Part shown: positions 30,657-44,772 of the stretch, in pieces
Numbering within the stretch: position 1 is the first letter of the stretch
How the letters are laid out: every line of letters begins with the position of its first letter
From: Eledone cirrhosa
Lineage: Eukaryota
Length of the DNA stretch: 64,000 nucleotides
NCBI GenBank assembly: GCA_964016885.1
Contig: OZ024749.1
Span: forward strand, 12,524,001 to 12,588,000
Reading direction: 5' to 3'
Program-made: the position numbers and the translations under genes
The notes under the pieces: model-generated
What the model saw: the letters and a program-made list of their open reading frames with translations, nothing else
Told to the model about the DNA's origin: nothing
Databases searched by the model: none

Positions 30657-33402
30657 AACGTTTGTATATGTATAATAAAGCCAAAACAATGCAGGTATGG
30701 ACATAGAATAAAGAATGCAAATGCAAAAGATATTGTTGACAATTAGTCTTTTACCTTAAATTTATTTAAATGTCCTTAATTTTCGAGATAATATCTCTTC
30801 TTCAGAGGGAAGTAAAGCTCTCAAACCAGTGTTCTAAATAGCTTGCCAAGTCATGCTGACAGGAAATGGTATAGAGTATCTGTTCTATCTCTAATGTCAA
30901 AGAGTTAAAATTAGGTGGATAAAGAGTAGTCTCCCTTTAAAAGGGGTTTGTTTATATTTTTTTGGGTTTTCTTTTATACATGCCTGTATAAGTGTGTGGG
31001 AGAATGCATGAAGGTGTAAGTATGTGAGTGTGTGTGTGTGAGTGTGAGAAGATATGTCTATTCGTAAATGTGGGGGATAGGTGTTATCTGGTGTTAGAAC
31101 TGGTTTTGTGTGTGTATGTGTGAGAGAGAATAAGTGGAGGTGTAAGCGTGTGTGTGTGTGTGCGTGCGTGTGTGTAAATATGGGGCTAGAAGCTCTATCA
31201 GGTTATAAATTGGGTGTTGAGTTCTAGTCTATTATTGATTGGTGGTTGTATTTTATCTATAATTAGTGCTTCCTTAATTCTAAGATTGCTGAGGTTTCTT
31301 TCCTTAGTTTCTATCCTAACTGTTATGGTTTTGTCGGTGTTTTTGCATTTAACTAGGTGTTTCTTAAATGAGGAAACGTTAGTATTGAGGTGTTCTTTTA
31401 TTCTTATGTGGAGTGGTCTGGTGGTGCTACCTACGTAGAAGTTGTTGCATTTGTCACACTCTAGTCTGTATACAACGTAAGCCTGGTGGCATAGGTCTGT
31501 GTCGTTGATGGGGCAGTTGGTTAGTCTGCAGCAGTTGTCATGTCTGGTGGAGTGTCTTTTGGTTAGCTGTCCACGTAGAGAAGGACCTGAGTGGGCCAGT
31601 TGGATATCCAGTCCCTCTCGTCTGATAGCTCTGCGGATGGCTGTTGTTTCTTCACTGAAGTGTGGGAGCTTCAGGAAGCAAGTGTTAGTGCCTCGGGTGT
31701 GGTGTCCTCTGTTCTTTCTGGCACGGTTTGTGGTGGATGTCGTGTATCCGTTCAGTTTGAGTACTTCCAGGAAATGTGTGGTGTGTGTGTCTCGGTCTCT
31801 AGCGTCGGTGCATTTGTTCCGGATACGTGCCAGTTCGTTCCTTATGTATCCGAACTTGGCACCGAGTGGGAGGGCCGATCTGAAATGTACGAACAGGTCC
31901 CTGCTGGCGGCTTTTTTATAGAAGCAGGTGTGGATGTTGCCTTCCTCTGTTACCCTGAGTTGGAAGTCCAGTAGGGATAGGGATCCGCGGTCATCGGGGT
32001 GTTCCATGCTGAACTTTATACTGGCGTCCATGCTGGAGAATGTTGTGTATATTTTATCTGCCTCCTCACGGGATGATGTAAGGATGAGTATGTCATCTAC
32101 ATATCGGGTGAAGAAGGTATGGGAATGGCAGGTGTTGAGGGCTCGGCATTCTAGCTGGTTCATGTAGGTGATGGCCAGCAGGCCCGATAACAGGATTACC
32201 CATGGGATCCAGCCTGTCTGTCTGTATGTGTGGTGGTGGAAGGTGAAGTACGTGTTGTCTACTGTGAAGGACAAAAGTTGGTGTATGTCCGTTGGGTGGA
32301 GGCCGTAGCAGTGGATGTCCTCTGCGACCACGCAGTCCGTCAATAAATCGACAGCTGGATGAGCGGGGACTGTAGTGTAGAGGGAGACAACGTCGAGGCT
32401 AAAGGCGTATCAATTTAGTTTAAGTTGTTCTGGCTGGAGTTGGTGTGGTCTACGTATAATTTCGTCGGAGCTACTGACATGCCCGGGAAAGGTGGAGAGT
32501 AGAGGCTTGAGGACCTGGGAGAGGAGCCAGGAAATTTTGTATAGGGGTCCTTCTATGCTAGAGACGATGGGTCTTATTTGCGTCTTAGTACTATTCTTGT
32601 GGGTCTTGAAGAGGTGGTAGAAAGTGGGCAGTCTGCTATTTCTAGTGGTGTAGTTGAGCTTAACTTTATTTGGGAGTTGTCTTCTCCTACAGATATCGAA
32701 CCAGATGGAGTTGGTCTGTTTTTCGATCTGGGCTGCAGTCATGTCTGGGATCTCTGTATATAGTTCATTGTCGCTTAGGTGTTCAAAGGCTAGGTTGTTG
32801 TATGTGGCTTGAGAGATGACACAAAACTCTTTACCTTTGTCAGATGGTAAATATATAAGTTCCCTATTCCGTAGGTTCTTCAGGGAGAGTTGTTGTGTCC
32901 TGGAGAGGTTTGGGGCTATCTTCTTCTGTTTCCGTAAGATGTTAAATACGGAATGTTTTAGACTCGACAGTTTTTCTTCAAGCTCGCGGTTGGCAGGCGG
33001 TGGACAGAGTGGGCGATCCAGTTGGTATATCGGGAATCTGGGTTTGATAGATTCCGTGGGGTTGTTGCCGAGAGTCGATATCCATTTTAGTTGGTAGGCA
33101 GCCCGACAGAAATTCGTTTCTATGTCGTCTATTCGTTTCTATGTCGTCCAGTCTCTGTTTCAATATGAACTTGGGATCCAGGCTGAGGAGGTCTAATTCC
33201 TCTCGGGAGAGGGAGAGGGATCCTGTCAAGTCTGTGAAGAGGTGTTTTGCGTCAGGTGTGTTGTTGGTCGGGGCACCGCTAGGTTCAGTGTTGGTACCGT
33301 CTTGTTCGCCTCTGTTGGTGTTTAGAGTTGGGATGTTGTTAAGGCAGTTGGCCGTCCTGAATTTGAGAAATTTTTGCGTTAGACGTATTTTCTCGTAGTC
33401 TC
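30657..33402 (-). mobile_element. Penelope-like element (RT + GIY-YIG), left copy, with 3' pLTR
   Basis: LSLDPKF, PTFYHLFKTHK, IRPIVS, FSLDVVSLYT, TRYVDDIL, LLDFQL, VYRLECDKCNNFYVGST...RIKEH...EALII; frameshifts upstream. Confidence 0.95.
30773..30811 (-). ncRNA. Minimal type I hammerhead ribozyme motif in the Penelope pLTR
   Basis: Minus strand: ccct CUGAAGA a GAGAU-auu-AUCUC GAAA au UA agg. Confidence 0.7.
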
Positions 33403-35196
33403 TCAAGACCCACAAGAATAGTATTAAGACGCAAATAAGACCCATCGTCTCTAGCATAGAAGGACCCCTATACAAAATTTCCTGGCTCCTCTCCCAGGTC
33501 CTCAAGCCTCTACTCTCCACCTTTCCCGGGCATGTCAGTAGCTCCGACGAAGTCATACGTAGACTACACCAACTCCAGCCAGAACAACTTAAACTAAATA
33601 AATACGCCTTTAGCCTCGACGTTGTCTCCCTCTACACTACAGTCCCCGCTCATCCAGCTGTCGATTTATTGCCGGACTGCGTGGTCGCAGAGAACATCCA
33701 CTGCTTCGGCCTCCATCCGACGGACATACACCAGCTTTTGTCCTTCACAGTAGACAACACGTACTTCACCTTCCACCACCACACATACAGACAGACAGGC
33801 TGGATCCCATGGGTAATCCTGTTATCGGGCCTGCTGGCCATCACCTACATGAACCAGCTAGAATGCCGAGCCCTCAACACCTGCCATTCCCATACCTTCT
33901 TCACCCGATATGTAGATGACATACTCATCCTTACATCATCCCGTGAGGAGGCAGATAAAATATACACAACATTCTCCAGCATGGACGCCAGTATAAAGTT
34001 CAGCATGGAACACCCCGATGACCGCGGATCCCTATCCCTACTGGACTTCCAACTCAGGGTAACAGAGGAAGGCAACATCCACACCTGCTTCTATAAAAAA
34101 GCCGCCAGCAGGGACCTGTTCGTACATTTCAGATCGGCCCTCCCACTCGGTGCCAAGTTCGGATACATAAGGAACGAACTGGCACGTATCCGGAACAAAT
34201 GCACCGACGCTAGAGACCGAGACACACACACCACACATTTCCTGGAAGTACTCAAACTGAACGGATACACGACATCCACCACAAACCGTGCCAGAAAGAA
34301 CAGAGGATACCACACCCTAGGCACTAACACTTGCTTCCTGAAGCTCCCACACTTCAGTGAAGAAACAACACCAGCCATCCGCAGACCTATCAGACGAGAG
34401 GGACTAGATATCCAACTGGCCCACTCAGGTCCTTCTCTACGCAGACAGCTAACCAAAAGACACTCCACCAGACATGAAAACTGCTGCAGACTAATGAACA
34501 TGCCCCATCAACGACACAGACCTATGCCACCAGGCTTACGTTGTATACAGACTAGAGTGTGACAAATGCAACAACTTCTACGTAGGTAGCACCACCAGAC
34601 CACTCCACATAAGAATAAAAGAACACCTCAATACTAACGTTTCCTCATTTAAGAAACACCTAGTTAAATGCAAAAACACCGACAAAACCATAACAGTTAG
34701 GATAGAAACTAAGGAAAGAAACCTCAGCAATCTTAGAATTAAGGAAGCACTAATTATAGATAAAACACAACCACCAATCAATAATAGACTAGAACTCAAC
34801 ACCCAATTTATAACCTGATAGAGCTTCTAGCCCCATATTTACACACACGCACGCACACACACACACACGCTTACACCTCCACTTATTCTCTCTCACACAT
34901 ACACACACAAAACCAGTTCTAACACCAGATAACACCTATCCCCCACATTTACGAATAGACATATCTTCTCACACACACACTCACATACTTACACCTTCAT
35001 GCACTCTCCCACACACTTAAACAGGCATGTATAAAAAAAACCCCCCAAAAATATAAACAAACCCCTTTTAAAGGGAGACTACTCTTTATCCACCTAATTT
35101 TAACTCTTTGACATTAGAGATAGAACAGATACTCTATACCATTTCCTGTCAGCATGACTTGGCAAGCTATTTAGAACGCTGGTTTGAGAGCTTTAC

Positions 35197-35235
35197 TTCC
35201 CTCTGAAGAAGAGATATTATCTCGAAAATTAAGGA
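35197..35235 (+). ncRNA. Minimal type I hammerhead ribozyme motif in the Penelope pLTR
   Basis: ccct CUGAAGA a GAGAU-auu-AUCUC GAAA au UA agg; palindromic AAUU stem III. Confidence 0.7.
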
Positions 35236-35346
35236 CATTTAAATAAATTTAAGGTAAAAGACTATTGTCAACAATATCTTTTGCATTTGCATTCTTTATT
35301 CTATGTCCATACCTGCATTGTTTTGGCTTTATTATACATATACAAA

Positions 35347-35534
35347 GGCGGTGGATTGGCAGTATCGATAGAGAGTCAGACACAATGCTTTGAAGCATAG
35401 AGTTACGTCCCTTTATGATCTGAGTTCAAATCCCGCCGAGGTTAACTTTGCCTTTCATCCTTACGGGGGTCGATAAAATAAAGTACCAGTAATGTACTGG
35501 GTAATTTGCTGGCCTTGTGCCAAAAGTAGAAACA
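35347..35534 (+). mobile_element. SINE family B, full length
   Basis: 16-bp TSD attatacatatacaaa at 35331-35346 and 35535-35550; B box gagttcaaatc; gcctttcatcctt..ggggtcgataaa core (Deu/Nin-like, inferred). Confidence 0.92.
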
Positions 35535-35603
35535 ATTATACATATACAAACGTTTATATATATATATATATATACGGTAATGATGATTATGGTATATAGT
35601 GTA

Positions 35604-35943
35604 GGAGGCACATGGCTTAGTAGTTAGAGCATTGGGCTTGCAATCGAAAGGTTGTGAGTTCAATTCTCAGACCGGGTGATGTGTTGTTTCCTTGAGCAAG
35701 ACACTTTATTTCACATTGCTCCAGTTTACTCAGCTGTAGAAATGAGATGATAGGGACTGGGGTCCCTATCATTCCACTGCAAAGTGGTCGTGGAGGTGCC
35801 ACGGCCAAAAAAGCACCCAGCACTCACTGTAAATGAGGTTGGTGTTAGGAAGGGCATCCAGCTGTAGAAATCAAGCCAGAATCAGTTCCCGTCCCACTCT
35901 TGCAAGCAGAGAAAAGCGGACTTAAAATGATGATGATGATGAT
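35604..35943 (+). mobile_element. SINE family A, full length
   Basis: Near-identical to 29789-30137 and 56581-56912. Confidence 0.9.
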
Positions 35944-38900
35944 ATCTATCTATATATATATATACATACATACACACACATATATATATATGTATCAGTA
36001 GATTAAGTAGAGACAAGATCACACTTCTCTCCTGTGTATCAGTAATATAAGTGGGTTACCAGTAAAATAAGTAAACACAAAACACAACTCAGTAGAAAAG
36101 AAGACCCAGTGTCAGTATTGACTCCTTAAGTCTCGTAAAATTTATTTGACAGAAATATTTACAAGAAATGCTATTTGGTATATGTTTTTTTTAAATTTTT
36201 CTCTCTCTTCATTGAAATTACAAAGATAAAATTTTATTTTTTAAATTTATTTATTATATATATAATTTTTTTTTCTGAATTTCACATCCTTCTTGTCTAT
36301 AGCTCCGACTCAAGGAACAGTTTTTTTTTTTGTTTTTATATATTCTAGCAGACATGGTTCTAGTGAAAAAAATATATAAATAAACAACTCCAGAACAGTT
36401 TAAGAAAAAAAAAAGAAGCAAAGTAATGGTTAGGCATTGCAGGGGGAAGGGGGATTTGGTGGTGGGGTGTGGAAAAGGGGCCAGGTATTGAAAACAATGA
36501 TGATGAGAATCCTGTCTAAATATTAACCTTTTCTGATACAGAACCTATCTGAAACCTCCTTACCTGGTTTTATGATACTAACCCCTTTTATTTTAAGAGT
36601 GTTTATATTTATCTAAAAACCCTTCCATCAAAATTTTATGTAAGAACCTTTGTTATGTTATGCTCCAAACACTAGGTTGATAGAAAGTTTTTTTCTAAAT
36701 TACTTTAAATTCGTCATTATTTTCCAAATGATTTGAAAATTATAGGCAGTTGTGTCTTTCATTTGAAGTATGGTAACAACGGAGTTAACCTCTTTGTTAC
36801 CAAAACTGCCAAGAATTCCCCCTGGTTCCGCACAATAAAACACTTTATATTCATTTAAAAAATCTTCCATCATAATTTTATATAAGAATCTTTGTTATTG
36901 ATATTTTCTAAACAACTTTATAATGGGAAATTTATTTTACTAAATCCCTTAAAATTCTTGATTATTTTCAAAATTATTTGAAGATTATAAGCAGTGGTAT
37001 TTTTCATTAGAAATATAATATTTGGAAGGTTCAATATCCAATAATACTGGTGATTTAAATATCTTTAATAACTGTTAGCTTGGGATAATGACATATTTTG
37101 ACTATTTGTTTCAGGCCCCATACCCCACTAAAACAATAGTAAACCAAAGAAAACAAGTTTAAGATAATGGTAAGAATCTGAACAAAGGAACTGACTGATG
37201 ATTTGTCACTAGATTAGAAGTGGAATCAGACAATAAAAGACAGCATGACCATTACGAAAGGAAATACTTGCTTAAGCTACACCAAAACTATGGATTTTAA
37301 GCCCCCCCCCCCCCCAATTTATATATATATATATGTGTACAGTATACATATATATATATATATGTATACAATATGTATACTGTATATATATATATATATA
37401 TATGTATAGTATACATATATATATATACAATATGTATACTTTATATATATATGTATAGTATACATATATATATACCATATATGTATACAATATGTATACT
37501 GCATATATATATATATATACAGTATACATATATGCTATATATATATATAGTATACATATTTTCTATATATATATATATACATACATGTATAGTATACATA
37601 TATGCTATATATATATACATATCAATAGGAACACAAAAACAAAAGTTTGGGAACAGGCAGCACAGGCCTTTGACATTTAAGTTAAATGAAAATTAGAATA
37701 AATAAAAAAAGATGAGAAAATAGATAACATACCGCCTATGATATTAAACCAGTCTCTCTCCTTCATAACCCTGTGCTAGCCCACTCCCTTTCATACACAC
37801 TCCAGAAAAGATTCAACAAGACTATGTGTATGTAACCAATGCATGCATGCCCCAATATCACAACAGCTTTTGCACTTTGTCCAGCCAGTGAGAATCTGCT
37901 TCTTCTGGAGTAAATTGGGCATAGTGAACCAATGAGGAAATCTTTTAACTATGAAGCTATTCAATCTGCAAGAAATCACATCAAAATCTTCCTCAAAATC
38001 CCACCATAACATCTTAACCCTTTGGCATTTAAACCAGCCAAATCTGGTCAGAATTCTCTCACCTCTTTTCGTTCAAACTGGCTGAAATCGGCCAGCCATA
38101 CTGATGTTTAAGCATTGTTCTCAAAATAAATATCAAAATCTCAAAGATTCGATATTATGTTAGATAAAGCCTTTACCATGAAAATATAATACTAAATATA
38201 GAGTAATGTAAATGCTAAAAGGCTATATAACCAGGAGGTTTATGCCTGGAACAACTTGAATCATATGTATGCTGCTCAAACATAGCTTAGGCGGAGCAAT
38301 ATTGAACAATATACCAATTTGAACCCAGGATCACATACATATGTTACAAACACCAGTCTGAGCTGGACTTAATACTTGTACGCAAGTCACACCTTCCTTT
38401 ATGTTTAGAATATTTTGGCCTTAACATTGTAAACCGAGATGAAGGTTTGGTAGATAACTCGTATCAGGCTTTTCTAGTCAGGTCTTTTTTTTCTTAATTA
38501 AAAAACTGTGAATTATCTATGAGTATAAACTGTACCACTAAGTTCACTTCTAGTCATAACAAACTTATTTTGGAACCAAACAAAGTTCACAAGAATCTAT
38601 AGAAATATATATTTTTTTTGTTACAAAAGCAAAACAAAAATTGAAATAACTGTTATGTATAGTTGTGTATATGACAAGTTTTCCACTTTCCATGCACTAT
38701 GTGTGGAAATCAAAAATGTCCACTGCATGTGGTATGTATGGAAAGAATTCTATATATTTATTATCAAAGATCAGAAGGAGGTGGACGTTAACTTATTCAC
38801 AAAGACTTTTCTTCATAAATTTTCTTTCTATAGCTAGAAAACCCCCAAAGAAATAATATATTATAGAATTTAAATATTTCCATTCAATTATAAAGAACTG

Positions 38901-40524
38901 CTACTGTGACTCCTCTTCCTCCTATTTTGGCCAATTTTAAATGAAGTGTCAGCAATTTTTAATATTTAATTATTCCGATTGTCCCCCAGACAACATTTTA
39001 AAAACCAATTATCAAGTATACAACAAGACAAATGTTTTCAGCAAATTAAAAAATTCTCTTTTTATCTCCAGGCATAGTTTTTTTTCATTTTTATTATTAC
39101 TATTATTATTATTATTATTATTATTAATTTACAAATTGATAGTAAAAATGTCAAATAAAATACATTTCAAATTATGAACAAACTTTAATTAAAATTTTTG
39201 CGTAGATAACCACTAGTTGTTTGAAATGTGATGGTTTTTTTCCAATATTTTTCCTCAGCAGAATTTTTCGTTTTTTTTTTTTTTGTTTGTTTGTTGGTGT
39301 TTTTTTATTTTGTTAATTTCTTCCTAATTAGCGATGATTCCATCTTCACCAGAAGAGTGGGGAATGAAATATTTTTGCAATATAGAACTAGATTATGGAA
39401 GTTTTTCAATAACAAAAGGACGGAAATAGAATTGCCAGTTATAAAATGCAACCACATTATATATATATGTATATATGTATAAATGCATATATATACATAT
39501 ATATAAATATATATATGTATATATATATGTGTAAATGCACATATATATATATATGTATAAATATATATATGTATATATATAATCAACTGAATATTATTAC
39601 TTCTACTATTACTATTATTGTTATTATGACTGAATATGAGATAATATGAATGTGGTGAGCTGTGAGAGTATTAGTAGCAGTTTAGTATAATGTAGAATTA
39701 TTTATATATACGACTGATACGTTGTATGACCTGCTGTATGAGATATAGATTGTATCGATTAGACCAGCAAGATAATATCTTCAGATATTTCTGAATTGAT
39801 ATTGTTGGCACTCATGTCTTGCTTTTGCACAATCTAACTCCACTTGCCTAACAATTAAACAAGCTGCTCAGAGTAGTGGACCTGACCCCTGATGTAATGC
39901 TTATGACCTGATGTAATACTTAATGCAAACTTGATTCTCTTTTTATATGCAACATTTCAGTTTGACTTTTAAATGATATTAAGAACTGAAAGCAAGAGGA
40001 AAAATAAGAAAAATGAAAGACCTCTCATTTATTAGAAGTAGAACAGACCCCGGAAAATACCTCTCATACTCATTAGAGGTAGAGACACACCATGTAAAAC
40101 ACCTCTCACACTCATTAGAAGTATAAACAAACCCGGTGAAAGGCCTTCTACCTATCAGAAGTAGAAAGACACCTTGTGAAACTGCTAAATACAATATTAC
40201 ACAGTCAGCAGTTGACATAGAATTTTAAACTATACAACATCAAATGGCCTGACAATGATGGTGAGTGTTGATGATATTACTGAGAAAAGGAGTTGGTAGT
40301 GAAGCAGCTTTGATATATCTTTCTTCAATTATCTGCAGCTTCAAAATCATATTCAAGGTAGCATAAAATATATTTAACCCTTTTGATACCACCCCCTACC
40401 TGAAACCATCTCTGGCTCTGTGATAAAAGTGACATTGTCTGTAAATAAGCAAATAGGACCATAAATACCAACATAGATACACCTACCACAAACACAAATT
40501 AATTACTGAATGTCCTTATATGTA

Positions 40525-40700
40525 AATAATTGTTTCTTCTTTTGGCACAAGGCCAGCAATTACTGGTGTTTTATTTTATCAACACCAAAAGGATGAAAGA
40601 CAAAGTTAACCTCGGTGGGATTTGAACTCAGACCATAAAGGGATGTAACTCTATGCTGTAAAGCATGCCGTCCGACCCTTTACCGATACTGCCAATCCAC
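40525..40700 (-). mobile_element. SINE family B
   Basis: Reverse complement of the 35347-35534 type. Confidence 0.88.
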
Positions 40701-41427
40701 TCTAAGCACAAAGCCTATATATTTATATTTATATATATAGTGAAGCACATAAGACAATCAGGTCACTCAGTTTACCACCATCCACCATCATCTGACCCTT
40801 TCATGTCTTTAGAAAATTATTCCATTCTATTGCAAGCATATGAACCCAATCTTTGGTTTGAAAATACCTTCCTTCTTCCCCTCCAGCCAATCTCAGAGGC
40901 TATGAAGAGTCATAGGCCCTGCACTTCCTCCTGACTAAGTGATAAAAACACAAATAAAAGAATGAATTACTATTGATCTTCATAGATATAGAATGAAATA
41001 AAGAATCAAAGAAGAAAAATGTTTGCAGAACTAAAGAAACTATTGGACTAGGAATATAAAAATAGAAAATCTAAAAATGGTTTTGTCATAGAAGTTGAGT
41101 AAAAAAGCTGCTTTGAGGTAGTGAAGGAGAAAACTATGTTTACAGGGTCTGTTTTATTAATTCCCTAATAGCAACATATGTAAATATCAGCTTAAGAAGC
41201 CCTCTATTGGTATGGTAAGACTGTCCTAAGTCTAGAGCCTCATCAGGCCTGAGCTTATCCAGGTTTCATGGGATGGTCAGTGACAATCTGGAAAAAGGTG
41301 AACCTCTAGATATTACTGGTACTCATTCAACTGAGTGGGACTGGAGCAATGTGAAATGAAGCATTCTTGCTCAAGGACACAACATACAGCCTGGAACAGA
41401 AAGTGAACCTATGGTCTTGCAATTGTT

Positions 41428-41622
41428 AGTCCAACACCCTAACCACTAGGCTACCATTAGTCCAACACCTTAACCACTAGGCTGTCGTTAGTCCATCACC
41501 CTAACCAGTAGGCTGTTGTAAGTCCATTATCTCAACACCCTAACCACTAGGCTGTCGTTAGTTCATTACCCTAACCACTAAGCTGTTGTAAGTCCAATAC
41601 CTAACACCATAACCATAAAGCT
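41428..41622. repeat. ~29-bp degenerate tandem repeat derived from a SINE head
   Basis: tagtccaacaccctaaccactaggct units contain the reverse complement of the A-box region gcctagtggttagggtg. Confidence 0.75.
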
Positions 41623-42149
41623 GTGGACCTGGTAGAACAGCTATAGAATCTTTAGAAATGAATAATTGTCTTGGGCTGGAAGCAGAACATTTAACCATAG
41701 ATTTAGTGCAATGGTGATAATGATGATATTTCATCCATCTTCCCTCAAAATTGAAAACACTAATGAAATATTCTTGACTTCCACAAGTTCTTCCTTATGC
41801 CAGCTAAATTCCATATGGAAATATAAAAAAAGTGGTGGTACAAGACCTAGGATAGATAAACTCCCCCAAAATGGGAGAAGATGATTTCAGCAGTCATAGA
41901 AAAAATGATGGAAGAGAAAAATTTCAAAAATCAAAAAATAAATACCCTTTGCAGATGAAACCATTGGAAAATAATTGGCTGGGGTTAGAGAGTATGTTCT
42001 ATTTAAGAGGTTGGTTAAGAAAATAATGAACACTTTTTCTATATAAGGAGTTAATTGCAAGATCGGACCAAGGAAACTATGTGTCTGTTGCAGACACTGT
42101 ATACTAGTCATACATCTCATGGCAGAAGCGTTATTCTTTATGCATACAT

Positions 42150-42209
<60 letters not shown>

Positions 42210-43835
42210 GTATACACACATTAAAACAACAGCAGAAAGCCAGAATGCAAAATTAACTTTAGAATTTTAATTCTGCGAAATCACTATACATGTTTCAATG
42301 ACCCAGCTTTATCGTCCGGTTGTGATTTAAGACTAGGTGATTTCATCAGGTGTTATTTGCAGAATTATATAACAGGATTACATTGAACCCAAACATAGAA
42401 TGGAAGATAGGAGATATAACAAAAAATAGAAGATATATAATATATATATATACATATATATATATACATACACAAAGGAGCTAATAACTAAATAGAACCA
42501 AGAAAATATTTCTATTGGTCTTTCAATTGCTGTTATTATTTGTCACAAGTTATGGTAGATGCGTAACAACTTTTATGATGGCAGAATACAAAAGGATCAG
42601 GGATTGCAAAGCATCTGGTCTGACTCTTTTGCCCCCCCCCCCTTCCAACCCCTTGCTGGGCGGGCACTTTATTTCTCGATTTCAAAAGGCTGAAAATTGG
42701 TAGACGACCTTAGCACTATTTGAACCTACAGAGCAACGATCCAGAAATAAATCAAAGCTCTTCACATGACACCCTAATTAACTCTTCCAATTTACTGCCT
42801 ATATGTGTATCTTAGTTTTTAGGTTCTTCTGCACCTCGAGCAGTGAGTGGTCACCAATCATCACAATCAGTGGTGGCTTTATTGTGTCCTTGCTAAGTGA
42901 TGTTGGCTGCCATCAGGTGCTTTTGGAACATTCATTGCCAGGTGATCCTGGGGCAACCTCGCTTCCATTTGCAGCAAAAAAAAAAAAAAGAAGAGAAAAT
43001 CAATAAAAACCTGATTGATCAAAGAAGAATGTTGACATTTCTGGCACCACCATTCATTTCTAAACTGATTATTTCTAGCACCAGTATCCTTTTCTAAAGT
43101 GACAATTTCTGGCACTGCCATTCATTTCTAAACTGACAATTTCTGGCACTGCCATTCTTTTCTAAAGTGACAATTCCTTTTCTCAAAGATTTCCATTAAC
43201 ACAATGAATATAAGATTTTTATCAAATTTTGTCTGTGGGAAAATGAGAAGGAAAGAAAAATATAGCAAAAGAGCATGTGGGTATGTTGAGGGGAAGGAGA
43301 AGGGGTTATACTCCATAATTAGTAATTCAGTTTTAAAAAGGTGGTTGGGGAAAGAGATTTATTTATTTATTTTTTAAAAATTTGTCATCATATTTGCTAT
43401 TAAGAATGGAAATGAAGAAGGGAATATACAATAAAGCTAAGTGACATGAAGGGGTGAAGTGTGAGGGAGACCAAGTTGAAATGAAGGGGTGAAGTGTGAG
43501 AGGGGAGACCAAGTTGAAATGAAGAGGTGAAGTGTGAGGGGGAGACTAAGATTTTGGGTAAACACCAAAAAAATTAAAATAAGTAAGTTAAAAAATTAAA
43601 ACCCCCTCGAAGATATAAAAGATATTGATATTGCTGGCATTTAAAAAAAAACAAATAAAATAAACATAACACAAAATTAGAATTCTCCAAAAAAAAAAAA
43701 AAAAAAAAAAAGAAAATATATTTTTTTTAAAATTCTTTTTACAACTTACAATCGTGAAAAATAATAATAATAAAACCAAAATTAGAATTTGATTTTATGC
43801 TCTAACATAGCGGATACATAACTATTTGTGAATTA

Positions 43836-44516
43836 TATATCGAATAATAATAATATTTGATTCATTTGCAAGCAAACAGCCTCATTACATTTTTAGATGA
43901 CTATCCCCATCCTTTTGTTCTGTGACAGAGAGAAACAATCGACAATATTGTTTCTGGGTTATTGCCCTTTGTCAAGATTGTGTATCTCTCTTAAGTCACT
44001 CACTAGAACTCCTGAGAACATATAGTATTCTCTAAAGTATACATAGTCTGATTAGCCTAATTTGCATACCAAGGGATTGATAAAGGGCAATAACTCAGAA
44101 ACAATATTGTCGATTGTTTATTTCTGTCACTGCTAGAATAAAAGGATGGCGATGGTCATCTAAGCAACACAGGACAGTGGTCATCTAAACATAGGACAGT
44201 GGTCATCTAAGTAACACAGGACAATGGTCATCTAAACATAGGACAGTGGTCATCTAAGCAACACAGGACAATGGTCATCTAAACATAGGACAGTGGTCAT
44301 CTAAGCAACACAGGACAATGGTCATCTAAACATAGGACAGTGGTCATCTAAACATAGGACAGTGGTCATCTAAGCAACACAGGACAATGGTCATCTAAAC
44401 ATAGGACAGTGGTCATCTAAGCAACACAGGACAGTGAGGCAATGGTGATCTAAGCAACACAGGGCAGTGAGGCTGTTTGTTTGCAAATGAATCAAATATA
44501 ATTATTATTCGATATA
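43836..44516. mobile_element. Palindromic MITE-like element with an internal 21/24-bp minisatellite (~44155-44465)
   Basis: Termini tatatcgaataataa..ttgattcatttgcaagcaaacagcctca mirrored; inner IR ~43895-43975 versus ~44078-44163. Confidence 0.8.
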
Positions 44517-44772
44517 GAACTAACAAATAATAATACAAAACTGGCGTAGATGAAGTATTTCCAGAACCAGAAGAAGATTCCAGTTGAGTGATAATCCAAT
44601 GGTAAGAACCAAGTGTAAAATACCAGTTGAAACCTGATCTGGCTGGAGGTCTTGTTGGTTGGTACACTTAAGAAACCATATCTGAGAGAAATTGAAGGTA
44701 TGTTGTTGATGTAACATATAAAACACCTTTTGTGGTGGTGGTGGGGACTCTTTTGACTGTTTCTTTCATCTT

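Larger units (their letters stand above)
33403..35555 (+). mobile_element. Penelope-like element, right (inverted, more 5'-truncated) copy
   Basis: Reverse complement of 30657-32608 with a few differences; frameshift near 34495; SINE B inserted near the 3' end. Confidence 0.95.

Noticed and set aside
36000-43800. Possible additional gene or glypican 3' UTR/polyA site
   Set aside because: No credible coding exon; many AATAAA candidates that cannot be distinguished without transcripts
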